The notes under the pieces were generated by a model, which saw only the letters and a list, made by a program, of their open reading frames with translations, ran no database searches and had not been told where the DNA came from. From the NCBI GenBank assembly GCA_039028615.1, contig JBCCHT010000058.1:1-64000 (forward strand): a DNA stretch of 64,000 nt. Reading direction: 5' to 3'. Below, piece by piece: positions 38,720 to 50,406 of this stretch; positions within the stretch are counted from its first letter, which is position 1; every line of letters begins with the position of its first letter. Made by a program: the position numbers and the translations under genes. Source of the DNA: Myxococcota bacterium. Its GTDB lineage: Bacteria; Myxococcota_A; Polyangia; Nannocystales; Nannocystaceae.

Positions 38720-39712
38720 TTGACGGGAAGCGGAGGCGTATCGGTTCGCGCGGGTCCTTCGGCCCGCCCCTCGGGGCGTCGGCAGGCGCAACGGCAAGCG
38801 CAGCGGCGGGCGCTTCGACGCAGCAGCCGCGACAAAGGCGAGACCGAGGCGCGCCACATCGACGCCGCGTTGGTGTGCAGCCAGTGCGGGCAGCTGGGGT
38901 GGCCGCAGCCGAGTCAGTCCACGCCGCATCGCCACGAGGCCACCGCCTCGCGCGACGGGATGCCGCCGTGCAGCCACTGTGGCGACGACGGGTGGATCGA
39001 CCTCGGCCATCCCTCCACCGCGCTGGCCCTTCGCATGAGCGAAGACCAGCACGCCCAGAAGATCGTCAGCCTACCCAAGCGCATGTTCGGCTACGGCCTG
39101 TTCGGCGCCGCGATGGGCTGGTTTCTCGGGCTCATGGTCAGCGGCGGGATCTGGGCCACCCTGGGCATCACCCTGCTGACGGGCGTCATCGGGTCGCTCA
39201 TGGTGCTGCATCAGCATCGTGCGTCTCATGCCCCCGAGCCCTCCGTCTTACCCGCTCGCTGGGCCATGGCCCTGCCGCCTGCCCCCGGGAAACACCGCGA
39301 GGTCCGGGGTCCGGCCACGACCACCGCCGATGCCCTGCGGGCGCCGCTGTCCGGGCGGCGGTGTGTCGCGTGGGAAGTCGGGGTGCGTCCCGACACCGAG
39401 TCCGACGGACCCGATGCGAGCTGGTGGCTGCTCGAGCAGAAGCTCCTCCCGATCACCGTCGGCGACGAAGCGCTCGAGCCGGCACAGACCCACCTTCGGG
39501 TGCCGCGCGTGCACTACGGCTCGCTGGCCACGGCCGAGCTCGACGAAGCGGCGCGCTTGTTCCTGCGCCAGCGGGGCATCGGGGGCAGCGAGGTCGCCAC
39601 GGTCGAGCTTTACGAGACCATCATCGAAGCCGAAGACCCGGTCCGGGTGCAGATCGGTCCGCATCGCAAGTGCCTCGAACCAGCGCAGGCGCTGGTACGG
39701 TCCGAGGCATGA
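38720..39712 (+). CDS. Membrane protein with Zn-ribbon and GIDE-like C-terminal region
   Basis: CSQCG...CSHCG, two TM helices, LRAPLSGRRCVAWEV. Confidence 0.6.
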   Translation: MTGSGGVSVRAGPSARPSGRRQAQRQAQRRALRRSSRDKGETEARHIDAALVCSQCGQLGWPQPSQSTPHRHEATASRDGMPPCSHCGDDGWIDLGHPSTALALRMSEDQHAQKIVSLPKRMFGYGLFGAAMGWFLGLMVSGGIWATLGITLLTGVIGSLMVLHQHRASHAPEPSVLPARWAMALPPAPGKHREVRGPATTTADALRAPLSGRRCVAWEVGVRPDTESDGPDASWWLLEQKLLPITVGDEALEPAQTHLRVPRVHYGSLATAELDEAARLFLRQRGIGGSEVATVELYETIIEAEDPVRVQIGPHRKCLEPAQALVRSEA

Positions 39713-40065
39713 TCAAGGCCGCTCACGTCATCATCTACAGCAAGGACGCCGAGGCCGACCGGGCCTTCTTCCGCGACGTGCTGCAGTACCCCTACGCCGA
39801 CGCGGGTCATGGGTGGCTGATCTTCGAGCTGCCGCCCGCGGAGGTGGCCGTGCATCCGTCCGAGACGGGCGGCAAGCACGAGCTGTACCTCGTGTGTGAG
39901 AGCGTGGAGGCATTCGCGGCCGCGATGAAGGGCAAGGGCGTGTCCTGCTCGGACATCGAGGACCAGGGCTGGGGGCGCGTGGTCTCGCTGACGCTGCCCG
40001 GTGGCGGACAGCTCGGGGTGTACGAAGCACGGCATGCCTCCCCCATCGAAGGCGTCGGCCCCTGA
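39709..40065 (+). CDS. VOC/glyoxalase family protein
   Basis: AHVIIYSKD...RAFFRDVL, GWLIF.LPPAEVAVHP, DQGWG...LPGGG.LGVYE. Confidence 0.88.
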   Translation: MIKAAHVIIYSKDAEADRAFFRDVLQYPYADAGHGWLIFELPPAEVAVHPSETGGKHELYLVCESVEAFAAAMKGKGVSCSDIEDQGWGRVVSLTLPGGGQLGVYEARHASPIEGVGP

Positions 40066-40304
40066 GCGAGCGGTCGCGGGCGTGGCCGCTGTGCCACTCG
40101 CCTCCGCCATGTCTCGGTGCCGTCCTCCCTGGACCGTTCTCGGAGCGCGTGCGAAGGCCCCCTCGATGACCGGGTCGGTGATTGCCGACCGCGTGTCTTT
40201 TTCGTGGGTCAGGCTGGGGCGACTACCCGAACGGTGGGGAGGCGCTCATTTCGCCGGGATTTGTGGTGGCACGCGGGGGCGTCACGCGCGATGCTGAACC
40301 CGAC

Positions 40305-40916
40305 GTGCTCGATTCGGTCATCGGGTTTGCTTTCATCGCACTGCTAGTCGTGGTGGGGCAGCGTACGGGGTCGTTCGAGCTGGCGTTGCGCATGCTCTCG
40401 CGGATCTTCGTCAGCGGGAGGCGTCGCGACACTCCGATTGCGACCCGCGAGGGTGGGGTGGCCGACCTGCCCGACTCGCTCGCCCGGCTGGTGCGGTGCG
40501 GACGTCAGGTCGACGCCGCGGTGACCGTGCTGCGCGAGCAGTCGCCCGCCTATCACCAGTCCTTCGAGAACTCGCCGACCAGCATCCTCGACGATCGGCG
40601 GCGGCAGGCCGTTCGGCGCGACTTCGAGGATGCCGTGATCCACGTGGCGCGAGCCCTCGACGGTTGGTCTCGAGCCCATGCGGCGCTCGACGAGACGGCG
40701 CGCCTGCGGCTGCGTTCGGTCATCGCCGGGCTGCCCGCGGTCGACGGTTTGCTGCGCGACTTCCCGTGGCTGCCTCGCCAGGTGTACCAGGTGGGCCATC
40801 TGCACTTTCGTACCGACGAGCCCGAGTTCGAGCGTCGCGTGTTCGCCCTCGACCAGGCGCTGCGGGACGTCGACGAGTCGCTGACCAGCGCCGCCGTGCC
40901 CGTGGCCTATCGCTAG
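40305..40916 (+). CDS. Hypothetical membrane-anchored helical protein
   Basis: N-terminal hydrophobic segment; host-like codons; ends ...AYR. Start uncertain. Confidence 0.6.
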   Translation: MLDSVIGFAFIALLVVVGQRTGSFELALRMLSRIFVSGRRRDTPIATREGGVADLPDSLARLVRCGRQVDAAVTVLREQSPAYHQSFENSPTSILDDRRRQAVRRDFEDAVIHVARALDGWSRAHAALDETARLRLRSVIAGLPAVDGLLRDFPWLPRQVYQVGHLHFRTDEPEFERRVFALDQALRDVDESLTSAAVPVAYR

Positions 40917-40932
40917 TCGCGTTCGGGCGCGA

Positions 40933-42033
40933 TCACTCGTACAGCGGCGCGCCCTCGGCCCCAATGGAGACCCGAAGGACGCGGCTGCCCAGCAGCTGGG
41001 TCATGTAGATCGAGCAGGGGTCGAAGCCTGGTCCCGCCCCGAACGCCAGGCTCGCGGGTGTCTGGAGCCCGTCGGCGACCAGCTCGCCCTTCGTCAGCTC
41101 GGTCACCGCACCGTCGACTCGCCAGATCTCACCGGGGATGTTGGCTGCGACGTAGACGAAGCCATCAGCGTCCACCGCGATCCCATCGGGGGTGCTCAGC
41201 GGCCCGAGGTGCATGATCTCGACCCCCGTGTCCTCGATCGGTGCTCCCGTCTCGTCGACATCGTAGCGGGTGAGCTGACCGAGCTTGGTGAACGTCGACG
41301 CCACGTAGAGCGTGTCGCCGCTGGGGCTGTACGCCATGCCGTTGGGCGAGGGCACGTTCTCGAGGGCCAGGCTCACGTCGCCTTCGTCCGTCACCCGGAA
41401 CACCGTGGTCACGAAGTCGTCGGAGATGAGCGAGCTGCCGTCGGGCATGATCGTCACGAAGTTGGGGCTGTCGATCCCCGTCGCGATCTCCGTGGCTGCC
41501 CCCTTCGCATCGACCAGGTACACCGCGCCATCCGGCTCCTCCGCGACCCCGAACGCCGCCACCGTAAAGCCGCCGTCGGCCCGTCGCGCCAGCCCCAACG
41601 CCGTCGGCACGCTCGCGAACTCGCTGATGTTCCCGTCCGCGTCCAGCTGCCAGACCGTGCCGCCGTTGTCCATCGTCGTCACGTAGAGCAGCCCGTCCGC
41701 TCCGAACGCGAGGCCTTCGCTGCCGTCTTTGAAGCCGTTGTAGAACTCCTCCGACTCGCCGATCGGCAGGTCGTCCCAGCAACCCCCGACCCCGCCGCTG
41801 CTGCTGTCGGCGCTCGTATCCTCCGACTCACCCGCCGTCGTATCGCCCGTGGCCGGCGTCTCCTCGCCCGCCGTCGACGACGGTGTGCCCGTGTCGGCAT
41901 CGGTGGACGACGTCGTGGAACCCGTAGATGCGTCCGTGCTCGTAGCTCCCGCGTCGTCGCCACATCCGGCGAAGGGCAGGAGCAACGCGGAGACGAGGGG
42001 AGCGAATGCGGGGCGGGGCAAGGTCAAGCGCAT
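40933..42033 (-). CDS. SMP-30/gluconolactonase-family lipoprotein
   Basis: FAGC lipobox; SEGLAF, PNF, PNGMAYSP, PDGIAVD, PASLAFG. Confidence 0.85.
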   Translation of the reverse strand: MRLTLPRPAFAPLVSALLLPFAGCGDDAGATSTDASTGSTTSSTDADTGTPSSTAGEETPATGDTTAGESEDTSADSSSGGVGGCWDDLPIGESEEFYNGFKDGSEGLAFGADGLLYVTTMDNGGTVWQLDADGNISEFASVPTALGLARRADGGFTVAAFGVAEEPDGAVYLVDAKGAATEIATGIDSPNFVTIMPDGSSLISDDFVTTVFRVTDEGDVSLALENVPSPNGMAYSPSGDTLYVASTFTKLGQLTRYDVDETGAPIEDTGVEIMHLGPLSTPDGIAVDADGFVYVAANIPGEIWRVDGAVTELTKGELVADGLQTPASLAFGAGPGFDPCSIYMTQLLGSRVLRVSIGAEGAPLYE

Positions 42034-42082
42034 GATTCGGCGGACGATATCACCGAGCCCACCGGGGCGCTCCGCGCCGCCT

Positions 42083-42970
42083 CTACGCGTTCGATCCGTC
42101 GTTGCCGAACTTCTTGCGGTTTCGCATCAACCCCTCTTGGGTGGTCGATGCCACGAGCGTGCCGTCGCGCGTGAACAGCTGCCCTCGCACCAAGCCCCGC
42201 GCTCCACTGGCAGAGGGGCTCTCGACGACGTGCAGCAGCCACTCGTCCATGCGGAACGGTCGGTGGAACCACATCGCATGGTCGAGGCTGGCGACCTGCA
42301 TGCCCGGGACCAGCCAAGACGTCGCGTGCGGCTGCATGGCGGTGGGTAGGAACTGGAAGTCGGAGACGTAGGCCAGCAGGTAGCGGTGCAGCGCGGGGTC
42401 GTCGGGGAGCTCGTCGCTCGCGCGAAACCACACCGAGCGATGCGGCGGCCGAGGCTCGGGCGCGAGCGGGTTGCTCGGACGCACGGGTCGAATCTCGATG
42501 GGTCGCTCGGCGGTGGCCATCTTGCGGAGCTTGGCGGGGATCTTGTCGGCGAAGCGCTCGGCGAGCTCGCGCTCGGAGAGCAGCCCCTCGGGCCCCTTGG
42601 TCTCGGGCATCGGTGGGCTGTGGTCGTAGCCCTCTTCGATCACCTGGAACGACGCGGCCATGTTGAAGATGGCGCGGCCGTTCTGAATGGCGACCACGCG
42701 ACGCGTGGTGAAGCTCCGGCCGTCGCGGATGCAGTCGACGTCGTAGACGACCGGGATGCTGGCGTCGCCCTGGCGCAAGAAGTAACCGTGGAGCGAGTGG
42801 ACGACGCGTTCCTCGGGTACGGTCTGCGAGGCGGCGGACAGCGCCTGGCCGAGCACCTGTCCGCCAAAAATCGCGCCCCAGCCGAGATCCTGGCTCTGAC
42901 CGCGAAAGAGGTTCTGTTCGATGCGTTCTAGCCGGAGGAGTTCGACGAGCTCTTGCAGGACGTTGGCCAT
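42083..42970 (-). CDS. tesB: Acyl-CoA thioesterase II
   Basis: IFGGQVLGQAL, HSLHGYFLR, RDGRSFTTRRV, YVSD, ASLDHAMWFH, QEGLMR. Confidence 0.95.
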   Translation of the reverse strand: MANVLQELVELLRLERIEQNLFRGQSQDLGWGAIFGGQVLGQALSAASQTVPEERVVHSLHGYFLRQGDASIPVVYDVDCIRDGRSFTTRRVVAIQNGRAIFNMAASFQVIEEGYDHSPPMPETKGPEGLLSERELAERFADKIPAKLRKMATAERPIEIRPVRPSNPLAPEPRPPHRSVWFRASDELPDDPALHRYLLAYVSDFQFLPTAMQPHATSWLVPGMQVASLDHAMWFHRPFRMDEWLLHVVESPSASGARGLVRGQLFTRDGTLVASTTQEGLMRNRKKFGNDGSNA

Positions 42971-43052
42971 GGCGTGCGTCCGATGGACATAGCACGCTCC
43001 GCGGCCGCAAGAAGGCAGCCCCACCCGGCAGGATTGCAGGTGGGGCCGGCCA

Positions 43053-43625
43053 CTACGCCTGGCAGCGGTAGTGGGTGCCGCCCTTGTCCATGATCTCGGT
43101 GCAGACGGTGCCCATGGGGCACTCGCAGTCGTCCTCGCAGATGATCTGGCAGGTGTCCATGGGGGCGAAGGCGCCAGAGGGCTGGCACGTGTACGCGGGG
43201 GGACAGGCCATGCCCATGGGGCCGCAGTCCTGCCCGATCGCAGCGCCGTCGGCCAGGGGCTCGCACATGTCACCCGAGGAGCTCCCGCTTTCCGAGGAGC
43301 TGCCTTCGCCGGTCGAGGTGCCGTCGTCGCCCGTGGAGCTACCTTCGCCTTCGCCGGTCGAGTCGGTGTCCGAGGGAGGCCCGACGGTGGTGCCACCGGG
43401 CTCGCTCGAGGTGCCGTCGTCCATGCCGCCCCCGGAAGTGCCGTCGTCCTTGCCCCCGGTGTCTCCGGCGGCGTCGGTGGTCGCGTTGGCGCTGGTGATG
43501 CCTCCGGTGGTTCCGGCGGCTCCAGAGTCGTTGTCTTCGGTTTGGGGAACGATGCCGTCGTCGGAGCAGGCTCCGAGGGCTACGGCCAGGGAAATTGCAC
43601 AGGCAAAGCGAAACGGGACGCGCAT
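43053..43625 (-). CDS. Lipoprotein with T/S/G/D linker and Cys-rich C-terminal module
   Basis: LGAC lipobox, low-complexity linker, about 10-Cys module. Confidence 0.75.
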   Translation of the reverse strand: MRVPFRFACAISLAVALGACSDDGIVPQTEDNDSGAAGTTGGITSANATTDAAGDTGGKDDGTSGGGMDDGTSSEPGGTTVGPPSDTDSTGEGEGSSTGDDGTSTGEGSSSESGSSSGDMCEPLADGAAIGQDCGPMGMACPPAYTCQPSGAFAPMDTCQIICEDDCECPMGTVCTEIMDKGGTHYRCQA

Positions 43626-43819
43626 GATTTCAGACTCAGTCTCAAGGCAAATAAAAGCGCATCCACGGTATCACGACGGGCCGGCAATTAGGGTGCAACC
43701 AAGGCGCACAGGGTCCGTCTTGGGGGGTGACCACACCGACTGACGCCAAGGGCGGCGTCCCCCGGTTTTGGCCGGGTGGCGCCGTCTGTCGTTCATCGCT
43801 CGGTCTGGCCCGGTTCACG

Positions 43820-44197
43820 ATGCGTTGGTTGGTCACCATTCTCGGCTTGGCAGGCAGCGCAGCCGCAGGCCACCTGGGTCGACGATGGATCGCGGAGGCC
43901 GGACGCTCGACAGTGGGCGCGCTCACGCCCGCGGGATCGCACGATGCGGTGGTGCTGGCGATGACGGGCTATGTGCTGCTGGGCAGCATGGTCGCGGCGA
44001 TCTTCGGGAGCGTGCTCGCCTGCCAACGACGCGGTCGCGCAGCGGGCACGGTGCTGCTGGTGGCCGGCGTGGTGCCGGGGATCTTCGACCTGCGCGCGTT
44101 CATGGTGACGTGCGTGCTGATCATGGCGTCGATGCTGGCCTACGGGCTCACGCAGCCGGGACGCCCGTGGTCGGCACGCTTCAACGCGGGCTCGTGA
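43820..44197 (+). CDS. Small membrane protein
   Basis: About four hydrophobic segments. Confidence 0.55.
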   Translation: MRWLVTILGLAGSAAAGHLGRRWIAEAGRSTVGALTPAGSHDAVVLAMTGYVLLGSMVAAIFGSVLACQRRGRAAGTVLLVAGVVPGIFDLRAFMVTCVLIMASMLAYGLTQPGRPWSARFNAGS

Positions 44198-44263
44198 TCG
44201 CGCCCGCCGGGCCAGGTTCGAGTCTCGGAGCCCGCGGCGGCATCCATCTGGCACCATGGGGGG

Positions 44264-45103
44264 GTGAGGTCGTCCGCATTCGTCTTCGCGGTTCTCGTCG
44301 GGTCGTTGGCCGGAAGCGGCTGCACCGACGACGGCATGACACCCAGCGCGTCGGGTTCGAGCACGGCCTCCACGGAGGACACGTCCGGCGAGCCGCCCGT
44401 GACCCCGGCCGATGACGGCTCAGGAGAGCTCCCGAGCACGAGCACGGGCACGGAAACGTCGGTAGGCGGTACACAGGGGTCGATCCCGCGCTGCGAGATG
44501 CCGATGCCCATCCCCGACGGACCCGATTGTACGAATGCCACGGGCGTGCACGAGGGCAGCCTCATTCTCGAGGAGGGGATGGCCGCTCCCGAGGCCCTGG
44601 TGGGTATTCGCGAGGTGACGGGCTCGGTGCGAATCAACCGGCTCGACATCACCGACCTGGACTTCATGCAGTGCCTGGAAGTCGTGGGCGGCGACCTGAC
44701 GATCTTCGGCAACGAGCAGCTCACCAGTGTCGATGGGCTATGGAGCCTGACCGAGGTCGGCACCCGCTTCGTGTTCACCGACAACGATGCGCTCACGGAG
44801 TTCGATGGCCTGCCCAACATCACCACCATCGGCGAGAACCTGCATTTTCGTCGCAACGCGGCGCTGACGTCGATCCGCGGGTTCCAGCAGCTCACCGAGC
44901 TCGACAACCTCACCATCCAGGACAACCCCGTGCTGAGCGACATCGATGGTCTCGGCGGCCTGACGACCATGACGGGGAACTTCGTGGTGACGGCCAATCC
45001 GATGCTGTGCATCAGCAGCGTGAACTGTGTCGGCGAAGGCATCACGATGCCGGCCGCGCCCTCGCGCGACTGGTCGACCGACGGCAACGACGAAGGGTGC
45101 TGA
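44264..45103 (+). CDS. Lipoprotein with receptor L-domain-like leucine-rich repeats
   Basis: GSGC lipobox; repeats L..VGG.L.I..N..LT...GL..L. Confidence 0.8.
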   Translation: MRSSAFVFAVLVGSLAGSGCTDDGMTPSASGSSTASTEDTSGEPPVTPADDGSGELPSTSTGTETSVGGTQGSIPRCEMPMPIPDGPDCTNATGVHEGSLILEEGMAAPEALVGIREVTGSVRINRLDITDLDFMQCLEVVGGDLTIFGNEQLTSVDGLWSLTEVGTRFVFTDNDALTEFDGLPNITTIGENLHFRRNAALTSIRGFQQLTELDNLTIQDNPVLSDIDGLGGLTTMTGNFVVTANPMLCISSVNCVGEGITMPAAPSRDWSTDGNDEGC

Positions 45104-45109
45104 AGGGGA

Positions 45110-46048
45110 ATGCGCATGCTCGATTTTCATCGTCAACTGTCCGCTCTCGGGGTCGTGCTGCTCGCCGCCGCCTGTGGTCCTTCGCAGACGGTCCCCACCC
45201 GTACTTCGGGGGCATCGGAGGGCACCACCGTCGGTGAGCCCACGCCCGATCCGAGCGCGACCGGGGGCGAAACGACGGCCGTCTCGCCGATGACCACGAT
45301 GGCGGACACGACACTCGGCGCCAGCACCGACGAAGGGGGTGGGTTCATCCCCGTGCCCGACGGCGGCGGTGATGGTTCCGAGTGCGACCCCTTCTTGCAG
45401 GACTGCCCAGTGGGACAAAAATGCAACCCGTGGGCCAACGATGCCGGTTTCTGGAACGACTACCGCTGTGTGCCCGTGGCCGACGATGCGGGTCAGGCCG
45501 GTGACCCCTGCACGGTCGAGGAGTCGATCGCCAGTGGCCTCGATGACTGTGAACTCGGGGCCATGTGCTGGGAGATCGATGACGAGACGCTGACCGGCGT
45601 GTGTCGGAATCTGTGCACGGGCACGCCCAGCGATCCCTTCTGCGAAGACCCGAGTGAGTACTGCGCCATCACGAGCGACGCCACGATCACGCTGTGCCTG
45701 TTCGCGTGCGATCCGCTGCAACAAGACTGCGAGCCGGGGCAAGCGTGCTATCCGATCAACAGTCGTTGGTCCTGCGCCCCCGATGCCTCGCGTCGTGCGG
45801 GTGCCTACGGCGACCAGTGCAAGTTCATCAACGTGTGCGACCCGGGGCTCGTGTGTCTCGCGGCGGCAGCGACCCCCGGTTGCGAGGGGGCCCAGGGGTG
45901 TTGCAGCGAGATCTGTGATCTCTCGGACCCGGCCGGGGATGAACAGTGCATCGGCGCACCCGAAGGCCAGACGTGTCAGGCCTGGTGGAAGCCGGGGGAA
46001 GCGCCCCCGGGGTACAAAAACGTCGGGGTCTGTGCCTTGCCACAGTGA
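45110..46048 (+). CDS. Cys-rich myxobacterial lipoprotein
   Basis: LAAAC lipobox; CDPFLQDCP.GQKC.PWA, CDPLQQDC, YGDQCKFINVCDPGL.C, GVC.LP. Confidence 0.8.
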   Translation: MRMLDFHRQLSALGVVLLAAACGPSQTVPTRTSGASEGTTVGEPTPDPSATGGETTAVSPMTTMADTTLGASTDEGGGFIPVPDGGGDGSECDPFLQDCPVGQKCNPWANDAGFWNDYRCVPVADDAGQAGDPCTVEESIASGLDDCELGAMCWEIDDETLTGVCRNLCTGTPSDPFCEDPSEYCAITSDATITLCLFACDPLQQDCEPGQACYPINSRWSCAPDASRRAGAYGDQCKFINVCDPGLVCLAAAATPGCEGAQGCCSEICDLSDPAGDEQCIGAPEGQTCQAWWKPGEAPPGYKNVGVCALPQ

Positions 46049-46093
46049 CTCCGGTCTTCGTCACAGTTTTGCGTCAGCCCTAGTCCTCGCTCC

Positions 46094-46750
46094 ATGGCGG
46101 AGGCAAGCTCTGCGCCCGTGAACACCGCTCGTGTCGCTCTGCATCCTGCGCTGCACTCCTACGTTGAGCGAGCGTTGCCCGCGATCGAGACCCTCGAGCC
46201 CGCGCGCCGCGAGCTCCTCGACTCGATCGCGGCGTTCGTGAAGCAGCAGATCGCAGCGGGAGAGCCCGCGCGCCTGGTCTTCATCTGCACGCACAACTCT
46301 CGTCGCTCGCATATCGGGCAGCTGTGGGCGAGCGCGGCCGCGGCGTGGCACGGGCTCGAGGGCGTGGAGACGTTCTCGGGCGGCACGGAGGCGACGGCCT
46401 TCAATCCGCGGGCCGTGGCGGCGATGCGTGACGCGGGCTTCGAGATCGAGGCGACGACCGAGGGCGACAATCCCCGCTACCGAGCGACGGTGGCCGAGGA
46501 CGGCCTGGCCCTCGAGGTGTTCTCGAAGCGCTACGACGACCCGGCGAACCCTACGCGAGACTTCGCCGCGGTGATGACCTGCACCGAGGCAGACCAGGCG
46601 TGCCCCCACGTCGAGGGGGCCGCGCTGCGGATCGCATTGCCGTACGTCGACCCGAAGATCTCCGACGACACACCCGAGCAAGCGCGGATCTACGGCGAGC
46701 GCGTGCGGCAGATCGGCATCGAGATGCTGTATCTGTTCTCGCGAGTGTGA
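46094..46750 (+). CDS. Low-molecular-weight protein-tyrosine phosphatase / arsenate reductase-like protein
   Basis: P-loop FICTHNSRRS, SGGTEATAFN, CTEADQACP, Y.DPK. Confidence 0.85.
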   Translation: MAEASSAPVNTARVALHPALHSYVERALPAIETLEPARRELLDSIAAFVKQQIAAGEPARLVFICTHNSRRSHIGQLWASAAAAWHGLEGVETFSGGTEATAFNPRAVAAMRDAGFEIEATTEGDNPRYRATVAEDGLALEVFSKRYDDPANPTRDFAAVMTCTEADQACPHVEGAALRIALPYVDPKISDDTPEQARIYGERVRQIGIEMLYLFSRV

Positions 46751-46755
46751 GCGAC

Positions 46756-47772
<1,017 letters not shown>

Positions 47773-48112
47773 CGTCGTTCGTGCTCCAATCCGAAAAGCC
47801 ATACTCGGTGAGGTCCGAAAATATGACGCGCGGCTTGAAGTGTTCTCCTTACACGATAGTAGTGCTGCAAACGCCGAAAGCGATTGCGAAAAACTCGAAT
47901 TGGACCCAAAGACTCGCCTGAAACAACGAACGGGCGCTTCAATCGGGTCGTGCGAAAAAAGCGAAAATGCACGGCCGCCGATCAGCGCACGGCGCGATTG
48001 CCCCCCGGCGACCGGGGATGGCCCGAAATGACTAGTTTTTCGATGCGCCACTCGTTGTCTCCGACGTAGATCGGCCCTCGAGGAGCACTACGGCCGGCCG
48101 CGCTAGGCTTCG

Positions 48113-49072
48113 GTGATGCCTCGTTGCGCCGCCCTGGACGCCCTGCGAGAGCACGTCCCCGAGGAAGCGATCGAGTCGGCGCGGTCCTCGTCCCTGGCGG
48201 AGGTGACGGCGATGCTCCGGGACGAGCACGGCCTGTCGCTGTACACCGACTCGACGGGGGGTTTCGATACGCATGCCATCGCGTGGTGGGAGCGGCCGAG
48301 CACCCATCGCACCGTGCTCCCGGTGGCCGCCGACTTCCACTGGCTCCCCGCACCCCTCCACGATTCGCTGCGCTCGCTGCTGTCGGCCGAGGTCCGGCTG
48401 GTCTACCAGTGGCCGACCGCGGGCGATGGCTCGGCCCCGTGGGTGGTCATGGACGTCTCCACCGAGGCCTTCGTCTCGCTGGGCCTCGCGTACGAGACCC
48501 CGGGCACACCGGTGCTCATCGCCGATCGTTCCGGTGAGCACTGGCTGTTGCCCTCTCCCGGAGGCCAGCTGACCGCGGTCCTGACCGACGCGCCCCTCAC
48601 CGCTCGGTCGGAGCGCCTGGTGACCCCGTGGCAGGTCCCGCTGCTCGAGCTCGAGGTCCCGGGTTCGATCCTCGACCTCGACCTCGAGCCCGCCGCTTGG
48701 TTCGATCCGAGCCCGCGCCGGCTCCGGTACGACGACGGGTCTCGGACCTGCCTGGCGGCGGCGCTCGAGACCATCCGTTGGTCGCTCCAGCGGGCGTATC
48801 GCGACGGGGACCCTTCGACATCCTCGCTCGAGGACCGGATCTACGCCGTGTTCCGTGCCCTCGCGGAGTCCGAGGACGAGGTCGAGTTCGAGGTCGCCTC
48901 CCCGCTCGACCCACCGGCCGCGGCCCCTCGAATTCGGCGCCTGCGTGACGTCGTGCTCTCCGCCCTGCTGCGGTGGCACGATCTGCACCGCGACGTCTGG
49001 AGCGGTCCCGAGGACGCGGACAACGAGCTCGCCGAGCTCGCCGAGCAGTGGCACCGCGACCTCTCCCGGTGA
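48113..49072 (+). CDS. Hypothetical protein
   Basis: 319-aa ORF with host-like GC3; no recognised motif. Confidence 0.6.
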   Translation: MMPRCAALDALREHVPEEAIESARSSSLAEVTAMLRDEHGLSLYTDSTGGFDTHAIAWWERPSTHRTVLPVAADFHWLPAPLHDSLRSLLSAEVRLVYQWPTAGDGSAPWVVMDVSTEAFVSLGLAYETPGTPVLIADRSGEHWLLPSPGGQLTAVLTDAPLTARSERLVTPWQVPLLELEVPGSILDLDLEPAAWFDPSPRRLRYDDGSRTCLAAALETIRWSLQRAYRDGDPSTSSLEDRIYAVFRALAESEDEVEFEVASPLDPPAAAPRIRRLRDVVLSALLRWHDLHRDVWSGPEDADNELAELAEQWHRDLSR

Positions 49073-49246
49073 CGCGACCGTATTCGAGGGAGCTCAACCC
49101 GGTCGAACGATGGTTTCGTACTGCTCACCGAACGCGCCATCCAACGCTCTGCGCGCTTGCCAGCTCAGCCTTGAACTCCGGGACACGCCGCGGATTGCGG
49201 ACTCACCGCACTCACGCTCATCTCAAAAACCCTCGTGGGATGAGCT

Positions 49247-50113
49247 TTAATCGCCGGCATCGAAGCATGCGGCTTCGACGACCTCGATCGCTCGCGTGAA
49301 GGCGACCGAGTAGTCGCCACAGACCGGGGCGACGAAGCTGTGCTCGAACATGGTGATGAAGTCGTGGAGCTGGAGCGCCTCGACGGCGTGACCGGCGAGC
49401 GAGCAATCGGTGCCGGGCTCGTTGACGAGGCCCACGAGCACCACGTTGTCGGAGCGGCCGAGCTTGGCCTCGACGAGCTTTTCGTAGCGATGCTCGACGG
49501 GGCCGGGGTCGTCTTCGTCGGTGACGATCACGACGACCAGCAGCGCGTCATCGCGCACGAAGCCTTCGTTGCACTCACCCTCGCCGTGAAACTTGGTGAC
49601 GGCGGAGGTCAGGGCCTCGAGGGGATTTTCGGTGGTGCTGCCGCTGGTGCCGACCTGCGCCGTGCAGGGGAACGCGGTGGCCAGGTCGTCCTGCTCGGTC
49701 ATGTAGCGGTGGCCCTCGGCGAAGGGGCCGCACTCCGCTTCGCTCGAGGCGTAGCCGATGGTGCTGGTCACCAACCCACCGAGGGCGAAGCACTCTTCCG
49801 GGTTGGCGGCGTAGACGTCGGTGGTCACCACGCCCACGTGCACGCTGTCGAGCGTGGCCTGGCTGCGCTGTACTCCGTCGATGAAGACGCCGAAGTTCTC
49901 GATCAGCCGGCGTTGGTTGTCGCCCATGCTGGCCGAGTTATCGATGACGAACAGGTAGTCGACCTTGCGGCAGCCCTCGGCGACGGGGTCTTCTTCGAGG
50001 TCGAGCTCGTCGAGGAATTCGCGTTCGAAGACGTCGACGGGGGTGCGGCCGCAGCTCGCCGACAGGCCCGCCACGAGCGCGAACGACAGCGGAGCGAGGC
50101 GAGCCACCTCCAA
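49247..50113 (-). CDS. vWA-like (MIDAS) lipoprotein
   Basis: SASC lipobox; DYLFVIDNSASM, VGVVTTD, GFVRDDALLVVVIVTDEDD. Confidence 0.8.
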   Translation of the reverse strand: MEVARLAPLSFALVAGLSASCGRTPVDVFEREFLDELDLEEDPVAEGCRKVDYLFVIDNSASMGDNQRRLIENFGVFIDGVQRSQATLDSVHVGVVTTDVYAANPEECFALGGLVTSTIGYASSEAECGPFAEGHRYMTEQDDLATAFPCTAQVGTSGSTTENPLEALTSAVTKFHGEGECNEGFVRDDALLVVVIVTDEDDPGPVEHRYEKLVEAKLGRSDNVVLVGLVNEPGTDCSLAGHAVEALQLHDFITMFEHSFVAPVCGDYSVAFTRAIEVVEAACFDAGD

Positions 50114-50406
50114 GCAATCGCACGACGCGCAGCCAACTTACAGTGCTTTTGCGACACGACGGACCGCGCAGAGCAGGCCCGGGTGCGACCGAGGTCCGAG
50201 CGCGAACGCGAGTGCGCAACGGACCAACGCTTTAGCGTCGAAACGGGATGGAGTGGTCGAGCGCCGTCCGTTGTCTGAGGGTCAATACATGCTCTGACGT
50301 TCGACTAATCTTGGGGGATGTTGCGAAAATCGCGCGGTGCCGACGCCGCGAATTCTCTCATCTGAGGGGGCCCTACGCGCCGGTTTGGGTGCGTACCATT
50401 GCCGCC

